A DNA stretch of 63,837 nt, the filler included, from Octopus bimaculoides (Eukaryota), in assembly GCF_001194135.2 (NCBI RefSeq). It is 6 parts of 5 records of this genome, joined end to end, with 100 filler letters (N's around TTAATTAATTAA, not from the genome) between each part and the next. Parts side by side here need not be neighbours in the genome. Positions count along the whole stretch, not along the records: positions 31,510 to 42,406 come from NC_068989.1; positions 42,507 to 54,784 come from NC_069006.1; 4 more parts are not named here. One strand, given 5' to 3'. The notes below the pieces were generated by a model, which was not told the origin of the DNA, searched no databases, and worked only from the letters and a program-made list of their open reading frames with translations. Each line of letters starts with the position of its first letter. Position 1 is the stretch's first letter. The translations under genes were made by a program, and so were the position numbers. Shown one piece after another: positions 36,965-49,693 of this stretch.

Positions 36965-37567
36965 TAGACACACATATTCATACATAATAGATAATATGTA
37001 CGAATGTGTATACATATACATGCATGCATGACTGCATACATAATACATGTATACACAATTTTATGTACATGCATATATGTATGTGGGGGATGGTGTCAGT
37101 ATGAATATACTTTAATGTGTGTGTGTGTGTGTATGTGTGTGTGTATGTAAGTGTGTGTGTGTGTGTGTGTGTACACACGTACTCTGTTTTTCAAAGATAC
37201 ACATATTCCTCTTTTCTCTTACTTTCTCTTCTATTCCATTCTTTGTCCTTCCATTCTTCCTTATGTTAGTGTGACAATACGTATGTGCATGAGAATGTGT
37301 GCTTTTGTATGTCTGTGGCGTGTATATATATGTCTGTGTTCGCGCGCACGTGCGTATGTGAGTGTGTGTGTGTTCGTGTATGTGTGCACAGAAATTGATG
37401 AATTTGTATAACTCTGACAAGAGGAGAGAAAGACAAGAAAAGAAATATGGTAGTTAAACACACCTAGAGGGAGTGAGAGAATGAGAGGTGGGGAAAGAGA
37501 CGGGAGAAGTGATAGGGAGTGTGTGTGTGAGGAGAGATTTGCCGACCATCACTTGTTAATTATACAG

Positions 37568-37615
37568 TGTTGTCCGGCCACCCATACACAAACTCCTTGG
37601 AATGCACCTGCCTAG
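37568..37615 (+). other. Candidate 48-nt internal exon (phase 1/1 reading (V)LSGHPYTNSLECTCL)
   Basis: Acceptor cacttgttaattatacag| and perfect donor AG|GTAAGT; the length is divisible by 3; two frames are open. Confidence 0.3.
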
Positions 37616-37689
37616 GTAAGTTTGAGACACCAGTTTGAAGTTTTATTCTTCTGTGAGGGGATAAGATTCGATATCATCACTGTAATTCA

Positions 37690-38314
37690 GGCATGAGCAA
37701 ACTTTTCTTGAGAAGTGAACTGCATAAGACATGACTAAAATGGTACTTAATTATCAACCCCCAAAACGATGAAAGGCAAAGTCGATCTCGGCGGAATTTG
37801 AACTCAGAACATAAAGACGGATGAAATGCCGCGAAGAATCTTGGCCGCCATGCTAACAATTTTGCCAGCTCGTCGACTAATATTGGTTTCAAATTTTGGC
37901 ACAAGTTCGGTAATTCGAGAGAGTGGATAAGTCGATTACATCGTTCCTGGTGTTCAAGTGGTACTAATTTTATCAACCCTGAAAGAATGAAAGGTAAAGT
38001 TGACCTCAGCAGTATTTGAACTCAACGTTAAAAAACGGACAAAGCCTTTTGTCCGGCGTGCTAACGATTGTAATAATAATAATAATAATAATCCTTTTTT
38101 ATTATAAGCACAAGGCTTGAAATTTTAGGGGAGGGGAGCTGGGGCCAGTCGATTAGATTGACACCAGTACGCAACTGGTACTTAGTTTATCGACCCCGAA
38201 AGGTTGAAAGGCAAAGTCGACCGCGGCGGAATTTGAACTCAGAATATAGCAACAGATAAAATACCGCTAAGCATTTCATCCAGCGTGCTGACGACTCTGC
38301 CAGCTTGCCGCCTC

Positions 38315-38352
<38 letters not shown>

Positions 38353-38880
38353 GCAGGAGGAGGAGGAGGAGGAGGACAACGACGACGAATAATTTTGAGG
38401 AGAGGGGAAGTAGATTCTTCAGTTCGTCGGTATTCAAACTGGTACTTTATCTTATGGACGCCAAAATAATGAAAAAGCACGCCTGACATCGACGGGACTT
38501 GAATTCACAATGTGAAGAACAAGAAGAGACACACCTAAGCATTTTATCCGACACAGTAACGATTCGCCGCCTTAGTGATTCCAAATTTTAGCAAGAAGCC
38601 AGCAATTTTAGGAGAGGTTAGGTAATACCATTGACCTCAATACTTGACTGGTAGTTTATTTTGTCTATGCCCACAGGCAAAGTTGACCATGGCGATATTT
38701 GAATTCAGAATATAATGTGTCAAAAGAAACGCCACTATCCATTTTGCCTGATGCTGTAACGATTCTGCCAGCACGCCACCCTTAAAATGGTTTCTAACTT
38801 TGGCACAAGGCCTGGAATTTGTGTGGAGAGGAGTTAGTGGCTACCATCGACTCCAGTCATAATTGGTACTTTATGTTATC
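37690..38880 (-). mobile_element. Cluster of 5-6 same-orientation SINE family A copies separated by AAT/GAT/GAG microsatellites
   Basis: The best copy is 38095-38312; others lie near 37690-37875, 37880-38070, 38390-38575, 38580-38785 and 38790-38880. Confidence 0.85.
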
Positions 38881-39443
38881 GAGTTAGAGGAAAAGGACAG
38901 TCATGTTGTCAAGAGAACACCCGTGGACACATGTCCCTACCTAAATAGCATAATAATTAACGAAAGCATAGCATAATAATTACCTAATAGCATAATAATT
39001 AACGAAAGCATCTCTACCACAGCCACCATAAGCTTCTGAATAGTTGTCTACTGTATAGAGCAGCCAATTTCCTTCCACTCACATTATACTAGCTTAAAAA
39101 AGGGAATGATACATTAGATAATTGTAGTTCGAGATGAGTTTATCACTTCTGAATAAAAGATAGGATGACCACAGCTGGAATGTCATTGATCATTGGTGTA
39201 CTAGTTGGGCCAGGACTGACCAGGGACTACATTGAAATCTGAGTGATTTATTGTGGCCATTTTACAGGATTTGTCTGCTCCATCGCATAGAATCCTTCTC
39301 CATTTTTCAGGATGCTATAAAGAAAGGCTGCAGTTTATGTTTCGTATAATTTAAATGAAATTTAGATATGTTTGAAGCATGTTTGACTCATGTAGGTGTG
39401 TGACGACCATATTTATATATAGATGATGTGGTTTAACATAATG

Positions 39444-40210
39444 AAGGTGCATGGTTTAGTGGTTAGGGTGCTGGACACATTATCGTAAGATTGTGGTTTC
39501 GATTCCTGAACCGGAGCGGAGGGACGAAATGTTTTTCGCATGAGAGTTCCGGACCCCAGTTATGAACTCATTTCCATATGGCCAATCAGAGCTCAACCAT
39601 CAAACTAATTTATGAGCGCATAACAAGTGATGGGCGATAAGGGTAAGGAATGACTGTGCTTCTTTTCTCTTTTAATAATGCTTGTTGTTGTTGTTCTTGT
39701 TTGAACCATGGCTACCTCTGCGTAGTTATTTGTGTTGCTGTTTACTTTGTAACACAGTAAGTTGCTAGCACATCATCCTCTACCCACATTTTTCCCATCC
39801 ACATCTTTACCATATGGGGCCCTAACAAAATCCGATAATAGGTATAGATGCAAATCTATCTAATTACTTGTCTTCTTCTAAAATCAGGCGTAACTTGGCG
39901 ATCGGTCGACTTACAACACTGTTTTTCGTCTTGAGTCTACTTGGTAAAGTGTGCTTGTTAACTTCACAAGGTGAAGGTGAACTCTGATTGGCTTTATGCA
40001 AATGAGTCCGAAACTCTCGTGGGAAAAAAATTTCGCGATCGGGCGACGCGTTGTGTTCTTGAGCAAAATACTTTATTGCACGTAGCTCCAGTTCACTCAG
40101 CTAGCAAAAATGAGTAATCCTGCGATGGACCGGCTTTCCATCCAGGTGGGAAATATATACGGCGGAAAACTGGTCCTTATGAGTCAGAATAACTTGAGAA
40201 AGTAACTTTT
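39444..40210 (+). mobile_element. SINE family C split by a ~525-bp insertion
   Basis: The head (39444-39514, ...ggtttcgattcctgaaccgg) resumes at 40041 (gggcgacgcgttgtgttcttgagc...ctgcgatggaccgg). Confidence 0.75.
39515..40040. mobile_element. MITE-like insertion with imperfect ~70-bp terminal inverted repeats
   Basis: Left cgaaatgtttttcgcatgagagttccggac...tcatttccatatggccaatcagagctca versus the right-end reverse complement cgaaattttttcccacgagagtttcggactcatttgcataaagccaatcagagttca. Confidence 0.7.
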
Positions 40211-40672
40211 TCTTTTTAAACATAATATGTGGATTTCTGAACATTTAGATAACATAAAACAGTAAAATCACTTTCCCTGATTATCGATGATTTCCTTCCC
40301 TCTATTTACAAGCTTTTAAATCCCATCAATGTAAAACTTTTTTGGTTTCAAAGCGAAGAACTCTGAAATATCAGTTTCCACCTCCTCCTGACTTGCGAAA
40401 GTTATGTCCCCCAAATGATTCTGTAAACTACAAAACAAATGGTAGTCTGAAGGAGCAAGGTCGGGAGAATAAGGTGGATGAGGAATGTTTTCTCAACCAA
40501 GCTCTTTGATCTTCTGTGATGTGATCATTGCAGTGTGGGGTCACGCATTGTCCTGATGAAACATCACTCCTTTTCGATTCACTAAAGCGGGTCTTTTTTC
40601 TTCAAAGCTTGGTTTAAACGCTCTAATTGCTGACAGTAGACTTGAGCATTGATTGTTGCATTAGGTGATAAC
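40200..40672 (-). mobile_element. Mariner (D34D) transposase pseudogene, 3' part, truncated by a gap
   Basis: TINAQVYCQQL..L, HQDNA*PH and HPPYSPDLAPSDYHLF; 34 codons lie between the second and third D; contains stops and a frameshift. Confidence 0.9.
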
Positions 40673-41534
40673 NNNNNNNNNNNNNNNNNNNNNNNNNNNN
40701 NNNNNNNNNNNNNNNNNNNNNNNNNNNNNNNNNNNNNNNNNNNNNNNNNNNNNNNNNNNNNNNNNNNNNNNNNNNNNNNNNNNNNNNNNNNNNNNNNNNN
40801 NNNNNNNNNNNNNNNNNNNNNNNNNNNNNNNNNNNNNNNNNNNNNNNNNNNNNNNNNNNNNNNNNNNNNNNNNNNNNNNNNNNNNNNNNNNNNNNNNNNN
40901 NNNNNNNNNNNNNNNNNNNNNNNNNNNNNNNNNNNNNNNNNNNNNNNNNNNNNNNNNNNNNNNNNNNNNNNNNNNNNNNNNNNNNNNNNNNNNNNNNNNN
41001 NNNNNNNNNNNNNNNNNNNNNNNNNNNNNNNNNNNNNNNNNNNNNNNNNNNNNNNNNNNNNNNNNNNNNNNNNNNNNNNNNNNNNNNNNNNNNNNNNNNN
41101 NNNNNNNNNNNNNNNNNNNNNNNNNNNNNNNNNNNNNNNNNNNNNNNNNNNNNNNNNNNNNNNNNNNNNNNNNNNNNNNNNNNNNNNNNNNNNNNNNNNN
41201 NNNNNNNNNNNNNNNNNNNNNNNNNNNNNNNNNNNNNNNNNNNNNNNNNNNNNNNNNNNNNNNNNNNNNNNNNNNNNNNNNNNNNNNNNNNNNNNNNNNN
41301 NNNNNNNNNNNNNNNNNNNNNNNNNNNNNNNNNNNNNNNNNNNNNNNNNNNNNNNNNNNNNNNNNNNNNNNNNNNNNNNNNNNNNNNNNNNNNNNNNNNN
41401 NNNNNNNNNNNNNNNNNNNNNNNNNNNNNNNNNNNNNNNNNNNNNNNNNNNNNNNNNNNNNNNNNNNNNNNNNNNNNNNNNNNNNNNNNNNNNNNNNNNN
41501 NNNNNNNNNNNNNNNNNNNNNNNNNNNNNNNNNN

Positions 41535-41582
<48 letters not shown>

Positions 41583-41706
41583 GCTTTAATTCATGCATAC
41601 ATACATTCATGCATGCATACATACATATATACATGCATGCATATTCATATACATGCGTTCATACATTCATGCATATCTACATTTATTCATACGTGTATAC
41701 ATACAG

Positions 41707-42092
41707 AGTGGATGTGTGGTAGGTAGCTTGCTTACTAACCACATAGTTCCGGGTTCAGTCCCAATGCGTTGCACCTTGGGCATGTGTCTTCTGTTATAGC
41801 CTTAGGCCGACCAAAGCCTTGTGAGTGGATTTGGTAGGCGGAAAGTGAAAGAAGCCCATCATATATATATATGTGTATATCTTTGTGGTTGTGTGTTTGC
41901 CCCCCCCCCCCAGCATCGTTTGACACCTGATGCTTGTGTGCTTACGTCCCTGTAACTTAGCGGTTCGGCAAAAGATCCCGATAGAATAAGTCCAGGGAGT
42001 AAGTCCTGGAGTCGATTTGCTCTACTAAAGGCGGTGCTCCAGAATGGCCGCAGTCAAATAACTGAAACAAGTAAAAGAATAAAAGAATAATA
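41707..42092 (+). mobile_element. SINE family B, full-length
   Basis: Colinear with 24151-24550. Confidence 0.9.
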
Positions 42093-42519
42093 CACACATA
42101 TATATACATTCATTCATGCATATATGTACCCGCCCTTTATTTCTGTCTATATCTGCGCACGAATGTACATACCTGTGTGCGGTTATACGTATGCACACAC
42201 ACACACACACACACACATACACATCTTTTTCTTAAGGCGTTGAAACATGATTTGAGACGCGGCTGCTATTTCTTGCAGACCGAGCAACCGTGTAGAAAGC
42301 ACCCCCGGATGATTCAGAACATTGCTTGTTGTTCTTGTTGTCGCTGCTCGTGGGGATGAAGATGGTCTTATTGTATTTGTGTGCGGTAGCAGGGGTGGGG
42401 GCTGATNNNNNNNNNNNNNNNNNNNNNNNNNNNNNNNNNNNNNNNNNNNNTTAATTAATTAANNNNNNNNNNNNNNNNNNNNNNNNNNNNNNNNNNNNNN
42501 NNNNNNATATATATATATT

Positions 42520-42840
42520 TATATATATATAAAACTGAGAATGTATGTCTGTCTATGTGTCTGTGTGTCTGTATGTGTGCATCGCAAAAACTCGAGAACT
42601 ACACAGCCGATTTCATTCAAATTTTACACATACACTACCTAGGGTCCATGGAGCGGCATCGGCCAAAAAGATTTTCAACTTCTTGCCTAATACGAGCCCG
42701 GAGCAATCTCTTAGAATGTTTTGGTATTCCGTGTCAAAAGTGAAACAATAACATCTCTATTGTAATGTGGGATAATGGTTTCATTTTTAACAGTTTCACT
42801 ATGTATATTAAACTATTAAAAGTGAGACTATTAACAAATT
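42520..42840 (+). mobile_element. Possible non-autonomous Helitron 5' portion
   Basis: Starts tatatataaaactgagaatgtatgtctgtct followed by gccgatttcattcaaatttta, a layout I associate with invertebrate Helitron 5' ends. No 3' end seen. Confidence 0.35.
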
Positions 42841-42881
42841 ACATATATATATATGCATACATACATACATACATACATACA

Positions 42882-42927
<46 letters not shown>

Positions 42928-43630
42928 ATGTATATATATATGTATGCATGTGTATATGTGTATATTCTGNNNNNNNNNNNNNNNNNNNNNNNNNNNNNNN
43001 NNNNNNNNNNNNNNNNNNNNNNNNNNNNNNNNNNNNNNNNNNNNNNNNNNNNNNNNNNNNNNNNNNNNNNNNNNNNNNNNNNNNNNNNNNNNNNNNNNNN
43101 NNNNNNNNNNNNNNNNNNNNNNNNNNNNNNNNNNNNNNNNNNNNNNNNNNNNNNNNNNNNNNNNNNNNNNNNNNNNNNNNNNNNNNNNNNNNNNNNNNNN
43201 NNNNNNNNNNNNNNNNNNNNNNNNNNNNNNNNNNNNNNNNNNNNNNNNNNNNNNNNNNNNNNNNNNNNNNNNNNNNNNNNNNNNNNNNNNNNNNNNNNNN
43301 NNNNNNNNNNNNNNNNNNNNNNNNNNNNNNNNNNNNNNNNNNNNNNNNNNNNNNNNNNNNNNNNNNNNNNNNNNNNNNNNNNNNNNNNNNNNNNNNNNNN
43401 NNNNNNNNNNNNNNNNNNNNNNNNNNNNNNNNNNNNNNNNNNNNNNNNNNNNNNNNNNNNNNNNNNNNNNNNNNNNNNNNNNNNNNNNNNNNNNNNNNNN
43501 NNNNNNNNNNNNNNNNNNNNNNNNNNNNNNNNNNNNNNNNNNNNNNNNNNNNNNNNNNNNNNNNNNNNNNNNNNNNNNNNNNNNNNNNNNNNNNNNNNNN
43601 NNNNNNNNNNNNNNNNNNNNNNNNNNNNNN

Positions 43631-43681
<51 letters not shown>

Positions 43682-43874
43682 TTGCGTGTTTATGTATGCA
43701 TGTGTGTATATGTATGTGCTTATGTATGTATATGTATGTATGTGTATGTATATATATGTATATATATATATATTTATATATGTATATATATATATGTATA
43801 TATATATGTGTGTGTATATGTATGTATGTATCTATGTATATATGGGTATGGATGTGTGTATATATGTATACATA

Positions 43875-43911
<37 letters not shown>

Positions 43912-44496
43912 GATATATATATATATATGTGTGTGTGTATGTGTGTGTGTGTGTGGGTTTGTACGTAGGTGTGTATATATGTATGCATATATGTATTTAT
44001 TCGAGTATGTGTGTGTTTGTTTGTTTATATATGCGCATACACATAAGTATAAATGATTATATACATTCATCTCAGTATTTTTGTAGAAACACAAGATTAA
44101 CCCCATTTATGATCCCTTTTTATTACATAACATTCCTCTCCAATTTTTATCGGATTTATATCATCCTATCTTCTCCCAGCTCTACACTCTGAATTTCTTT
44201 CTCTTTTTACTTTTTTCTTTTCTTCTTTTCTTCCGTTCTTGTCCAACGTACTATCTGGTAGCGTCCTAATCTCCAACGGTTTTTTCAAATGAATTACGTT
44301 ATAACCTTCTCTAACTATAGTTCTCATATTCGGTTATAATGTCTTACGTTTAAGCTGGTTCCCATACATTTCCCTCAGGAGAAGTTTACATTTTTAACAT
44401 CACCGATTCCTATGGATCGCATAAATTGTAATTCTTCGAAACATATGTCGGAATAAAAGTATGCAGTTATAATATGCGTTTCACTCCATTCATTAA

Positions 44497-44566
<70 letters not shown>

Positions 44567-44584
44567 GCATATATATCTATATAT

Positions 44585-44850
44585 ATATTGTGTGGCGTAG
44601 TGTTGTGTTGTATGGTGTTTTGTTGTATAGTGTGATGTTGTGCGGTGTTGTGCGTTAAGGTTTGGCGCACAACAGTATGTTACATTGGTGTGTTGTGTGA
44701 TATCGGATCGTATTCAGCGTAGTAGTGTGTTGTAGCATGCAATGGTGTAGCAAGTCTTGGTGCATTGTAGTATAATATAAAGTGTTGAAGTGTAGTGTAT
44801 GTGCTCAAGTGTTGTGTGGAGTGATGTTCAGTGGTCTTCTGTGGTGTATC
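44585..44850. repeat. Decayed (TGTTG/TGTAG)n pentanucleotide array
   Basis: Visible 5-bp periodicity with many substitutions. Confidence 0.75.
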
Positions 44851-45032
44851 GTGGAGTGGAATGGTTGTACATCGTCACAGTATACCTGGCGATGGATAGA
44901 AATACGAAAAATACTCTCAACGACAGAAATATGTAACAAGCAAAATGGCCGCCATCCGTTGAAAATGAGCGGATTCGATGTTAAAATTATTACATTTTCT
45001 TTTCTTTCCGTCTCTCAATTTTGCGACACGTT

Positions 45033-45089
<57 letters not shown>

Positions 45090-45254
45090 TTCCTCCTTTC
45101 TTTTTTATTTCTTCTTTCCTTTTTTATTTCTTTCCTTCCTTCCGTATTTTCTTTCTTTCTTTCTTTCTTTCTTTTATTCTTTCTTTTTCCCTCAATCCTT
45201 CCTTCCTTCCTTTTCTTTATTCCGAGTCTTTAATCACTTGTCTTCATTTGGTCG

Positions 45255-45400
45255 CCAGCGTCGTCGTCGTCCACGGAGTTGCTGCTTCTGCTGCTGCCGC
45301 TGCCGTTGTTGTTGCTGCTGCTGTTGTTGCTGCTACTGCATCTTCTATTACCGCCGCCGCCGCCGCCCCTGCTGCTTCTACTCGCATGACCATTGCAGTT
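45255..45400. repeat. Mosaic trinucleotide tract (GTC, GCT, GTT, GCC)
   Basis: Directly visible; preceded by (TTTC)n. Confidence 0.9.
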
Positions 45401-45592
45401 GTTGTTCCTATTCTTCTTCCATCTCCTCACAGGATTATGTGGGTTAGGATGTCACGCAACATGCATTATCTACCCACCCACATAGCAAATGCCGGCAAAC
45501 ACACACAAACACACACATACACGCACACAGATGCGCAAACACATGCACACACCTATACATACGTTTCTGCGTGAGGGCGCTCGTGTATATAG

Positions 45593-45626
<34 letters not shown>

Positions 45627-46600
45627 NNNNNNNNNNNNNNNNNNNNNNNNNNNNNNNNNNNNNNNNNNNNNNNNNNNNNNNNNNNNNNNNNNNNNNNNNN
45701 NNNNNNNNNNNNNNNNNNNNNNNNNNNNNNNNNNNNNNNNNNNNNNNNNNNNNNNNNNNNNNNNNNNNNNNNNNNNNNNNNNNNNNNNNNNNNNNNNNNN
45801 NNNNNNNNNNNNNNNNNNNNNNNNNNNNNNNNNNNNNNNNNNNNNNNNNNNNNNNNNNNNNNNNNNNNNNNNNNNNNNNNNNNNNNNNNNNNNNNNNNNN
45901 NNNNNNNNNNNNNNNNNNNNNNNNNNNNNNNNNNNNNNNNNNNNNNNNNNNNNNNNNNNNNNNNNNNNNNNNNNNNNNNNNNNNNNNNNNNNNNNNNNNN
46001 NNNNNNNNNNNNNNNNNNNNNNNNNNNNNNNNNNNNNNNNNNNNNNNNNNNNNNNNNNNNNNNNNNNNNNNNNNNNNNNNNNNNNNNNNNNNNNNNNNNN
46101 NNNNNNNNNNNNNNNNNNNNNNNNNNNNNNNNNNNNNNNNNNNNNNNNNNNNNNNNNNNNNNNNNNNNNNNNNNNNNNNNNNNNNNNNNNNNNNNNNNNN
46201 NNNNNNNNNNNNNNNNNNNNNNNNNNNNNNNNNNNNNNNNNNNNNNNNNNNNNNNNNNNNNNNNNNNNNNNNNNNNNNNNNNNNNNNNNNNNNNNNNNNN
46301 NNNNNNNNNNNNNNNNNNNNNNNNNNNNNNNNNNNNNNNNNNNNNNNNNNNNNNNNNNNATATAAATACACATGCATATATCGATGCATATGTTTATAAA
46401 TACATGGATACATAAATATGAATATATATTAATCTGTTTGCATGCACGCATGAATGCATGCACGCATGAATGCATGCATGTACGAAATCTATCTATCTGT
46501 TTATCTGTCTGTCTATCTATCTATCTATCTATCTATTTATTTATCTATCTATCTATCTGTTTATCTGTCTGTCTATCTATCTATCTATCTATCTATTTAT

Positions 46601-46674
<74 letters not shown>

Positions 46675-46792
46675 GTATACCTACCTACCTACCTACCTAC
46701 CTATCTATCTGTCTATCTATGTATCTATGTATCTATGTATCTATCTACTTATCTGTTTATAGTACACGTACTTTCATACATACGTATGTTTA

Positions 46793-46823
<31 letters not shown>

Positions 46824-47221
46824 GCATATATTTATGTATGTTCATATGTACGTTTATAGTGTATGTATTCATATATGTGAATGTGAATATATATATATAT
46901 ATATATATGTATATGTATATATGTACGTATGTATGTGTGTAAGTATGTATGTATGTATGTATGTATGTATGTATGTATCTCTGTTTCCCTCTCTCTTTCT
47001 ATCTATCGATCTATATATAGATGTATATGTGCATGCTTAAGTATTATTATGATATCATTTCCTTGTCGCCTGTCGCATATATTTTTGATATCCGCAATAC
47101 TGCCCACTCCAGTATGCACACATACTCACACACACACATACTCACACACACACATTGACGCGCACAAATTTACGCACACCTAACTTCCACTGATTTTTAA
47201 TTGTGCGTCTCATGATATGCA

Positions 47222-47291
<70 letters not shown>

Positions 47292-47605
47292 AATGTATGT
47301 ATGTTGTGTATATCTACGTATATACATACATATACATGCATAACTCTCTGTCACTCTCTCTATATATATGTATATGTATATATACATGTATACACACATA
47401 TATATATTAATATGCATATATGTGTGTATAAGCAGACTTATACACACACACACACCTGCACACACACATATGCATACATACATATACACATACATATCTA
47501 TGTATATAAGTACACACAGATACACACTCGCCTAAATATATGTATGCATGCATGTTTATATAAGTACATGAATGCAGTGACCAGCTTCAACGAAGTTTTG
47601 CATGG

Positions 47606-47667
<62 letters not shown>

Positions 47668-49039
47668 CAACAACAACAACAACAAGCATAATATACTCCG
47701 AAGCACGTACCACACAGACACACAACCCCCCCCCCTAATAAAACGCGATAAACAGATGCACAAAAACATAAACACATAAGAACATATACAAATAATGTAA
47801 AAAGTACTCAAACAAAAACTACATAAAACACGCAAAACACTAAAAAAAATACACTTATAAAAAGCACAAACGAAAAGACGTATAAACATATACAAAATAT
47901 GAAGAAAAACACAAAGAAATGGCAGAAAAATACATGAAAATCGTGGACTACAAAATCATGCAAAAATACATAAAAACAATAATCAGATAAAAATAACAAT
48001 ATAACAATGAAAAAACGAACAATAATGTAATAAAAAACAATGAAAGAAATGAAAAAAATATGTATTGCTGTTGCCAGGAAACGGGTTCGAGTTGTACAGT
48101 TGCCAGGCGTGTTGTGTTTGGAACCCATATTTTGTTTGATATCGTCNNNNNNNNNNNNNNNNNNNNNNNNNNNNNNNNNNNNNNNNNNNNNNNNNNNNNN
48201 NNNNNNNNNNNNNNNNNNNNNNNNNNNNNNNNNNNNNNNNNNNNNNNNNNNNNNNNNNNNNNNNNNNNNNNNNNNNNNNNNNNNNNNNNNNNNNNNNNNN
48301 NNNNNNNNNNNNNNNNNNNNNNNNNNNNNNNNNNNNNNNNNNNNNNNNNNNNNNNNNNNNNNNNNNNNNNNNNNNNNNNNNNNNNNNNNNNNNNNNNNNN
48401 NNNNNNNNNNNNNNNNNNNNNNNNNNNNNNNNNNNNNNNNNNNNNNNNNNNNNNNNNNNNNNNNNNNNNNNNNNNNNNNNNNNNNNNNNNNNNNNNNNNN
48501 NNNNNNNNNNNNNNNNNNNNNNNNNNNNNNNNNNNNNNNNNNNNNNNNNNNNNNNNNNNNNNNNNNNNNNNNNNNNNNNNNNNNNNNNNNNNNNNNNNNN
48601 NNNNNNNNNNNNNNNNNNNNNNNNNNNNNNNNNNNNNNNNNNNNNNNNNNNNNNNNNNNNNNNNNNNNNNNNNNNNNNNNNNNNNNNNNNNNNNNNNNNN
48701 NNNNNNNNNNNNNNNNNNNNNNNNNNNNNNNNNNNNNNNNNNNNNNNNNNNNNNNNNNNNNNNNNNNNNNNNNNNNNNNNNNNNNNNNNNNNNNNNNNNN
48801 NNNNNNNNNNNNNNNNNNNNNNNNNNNNNNNNNNNNNNNNNNNNNNNNNNNNNNNNNNNNNNNNNNNNNNNNNNNNNNNNNNNNNNNNNNNNNNNNNNNN
48901 NNNNNNNNNNNNNNNNNNNNNNNNNNNNNNNNNNNNNNNNNNNNNNNNNNNNNNNNNNNNNNNNNNNNNNNCTTCTCATTTCTCATTCACCCGCCATTGT
49001 GACCACGTGGCCAGTACAGCTGCTTTCTCTCCTTATGTT

Positions 49040-49072
49040 TCATCCCATTCTTTCTTTCCTTCTTTCTTTCCT

Positions 49073-49107
<35 letters not shown>

Positions 49108-49615
49108 GTCTCCCTCTTACTGTCTATCTGTCTCTCTCTGTCTCCGTCTGTCTCTCACTATCCCTCTCGTTCTATGTCTCCCTCGCGCATTATATCTCTC
49201 TCAATCTATTTGTCTCTCTGTCTGTCTCACTGTCTTCCTGTCTCTCCCTCTAATTATCTGTTGTCTCTCTGTCACTTCTCATTGTCTGTCTCTCTGTCTT
49301 TTTTTTGTTTCTCTGTCTTTCTTTCTCTCTGTCTTTCTGTCTGTCTTTGTCGTCTCGCCCTCTCTCTGACTCTTTCTTCCTGTCTGTCTGTCTGTCTCTT
49401 CCTGTCTGTTTGCTTGTCTGTTTGTCTGTTTGCCTGTCTGTCTCTTCCTGTCTGTCTCTTCCTGTTCGTCTGTCTGTCTCTTCCTGTCTGTCTATCCCTT
49501 CCTGTCTGTCTGTCTGTATCTTCCTGTCTGTCTCTTCCTGTTCGTCTTTCTTTCTCTTTGTCTGTCTCTCTCTCCCTGTCTCTGTCTCTCTGTCTCTCTG
49601 TCTATGTTTCTCTGA
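49040..49615. repeat. (TTTC)n / (TGTC)n polypyrimidine region with recurring tctcttcctgtctgtc units
   Basis: Directly visible. Confidence 0.9.
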
Positions 49616-49639
49616 CTGTTCCAACATTAACCCTTCTAC

Positions 49640-49693
49640 ATATTGACACACGACGCCCTCAGAACACATCCATAAACACAATGCAGAAGACCT
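49640..49693 (-). other. Candidate 54-nt exon (GLLHCVYGCVLRASCVN or RSSALCLWMCSEGVVCQY)
   Basis: Strong acceptor with branch site (ccACTAACtcctgttttag|); weak donor |gtagaa. Confidence 0.2.

Noticed and set aside
37690-38880. CRISPR-like repeat-spacer appearance
   Set aside because: The units are ~200-bp diverged SINEs with microsatellite spacers in a eukaryotic context, with no cas genes.
44780-45450. ORFs 44782-45447 and 44978-45574 with poly-C/A/V/R runs
   Set aside because: They are built from pentanucleotide, TTTC and trinucleotide repeats with no coherent splice or domain evidence.
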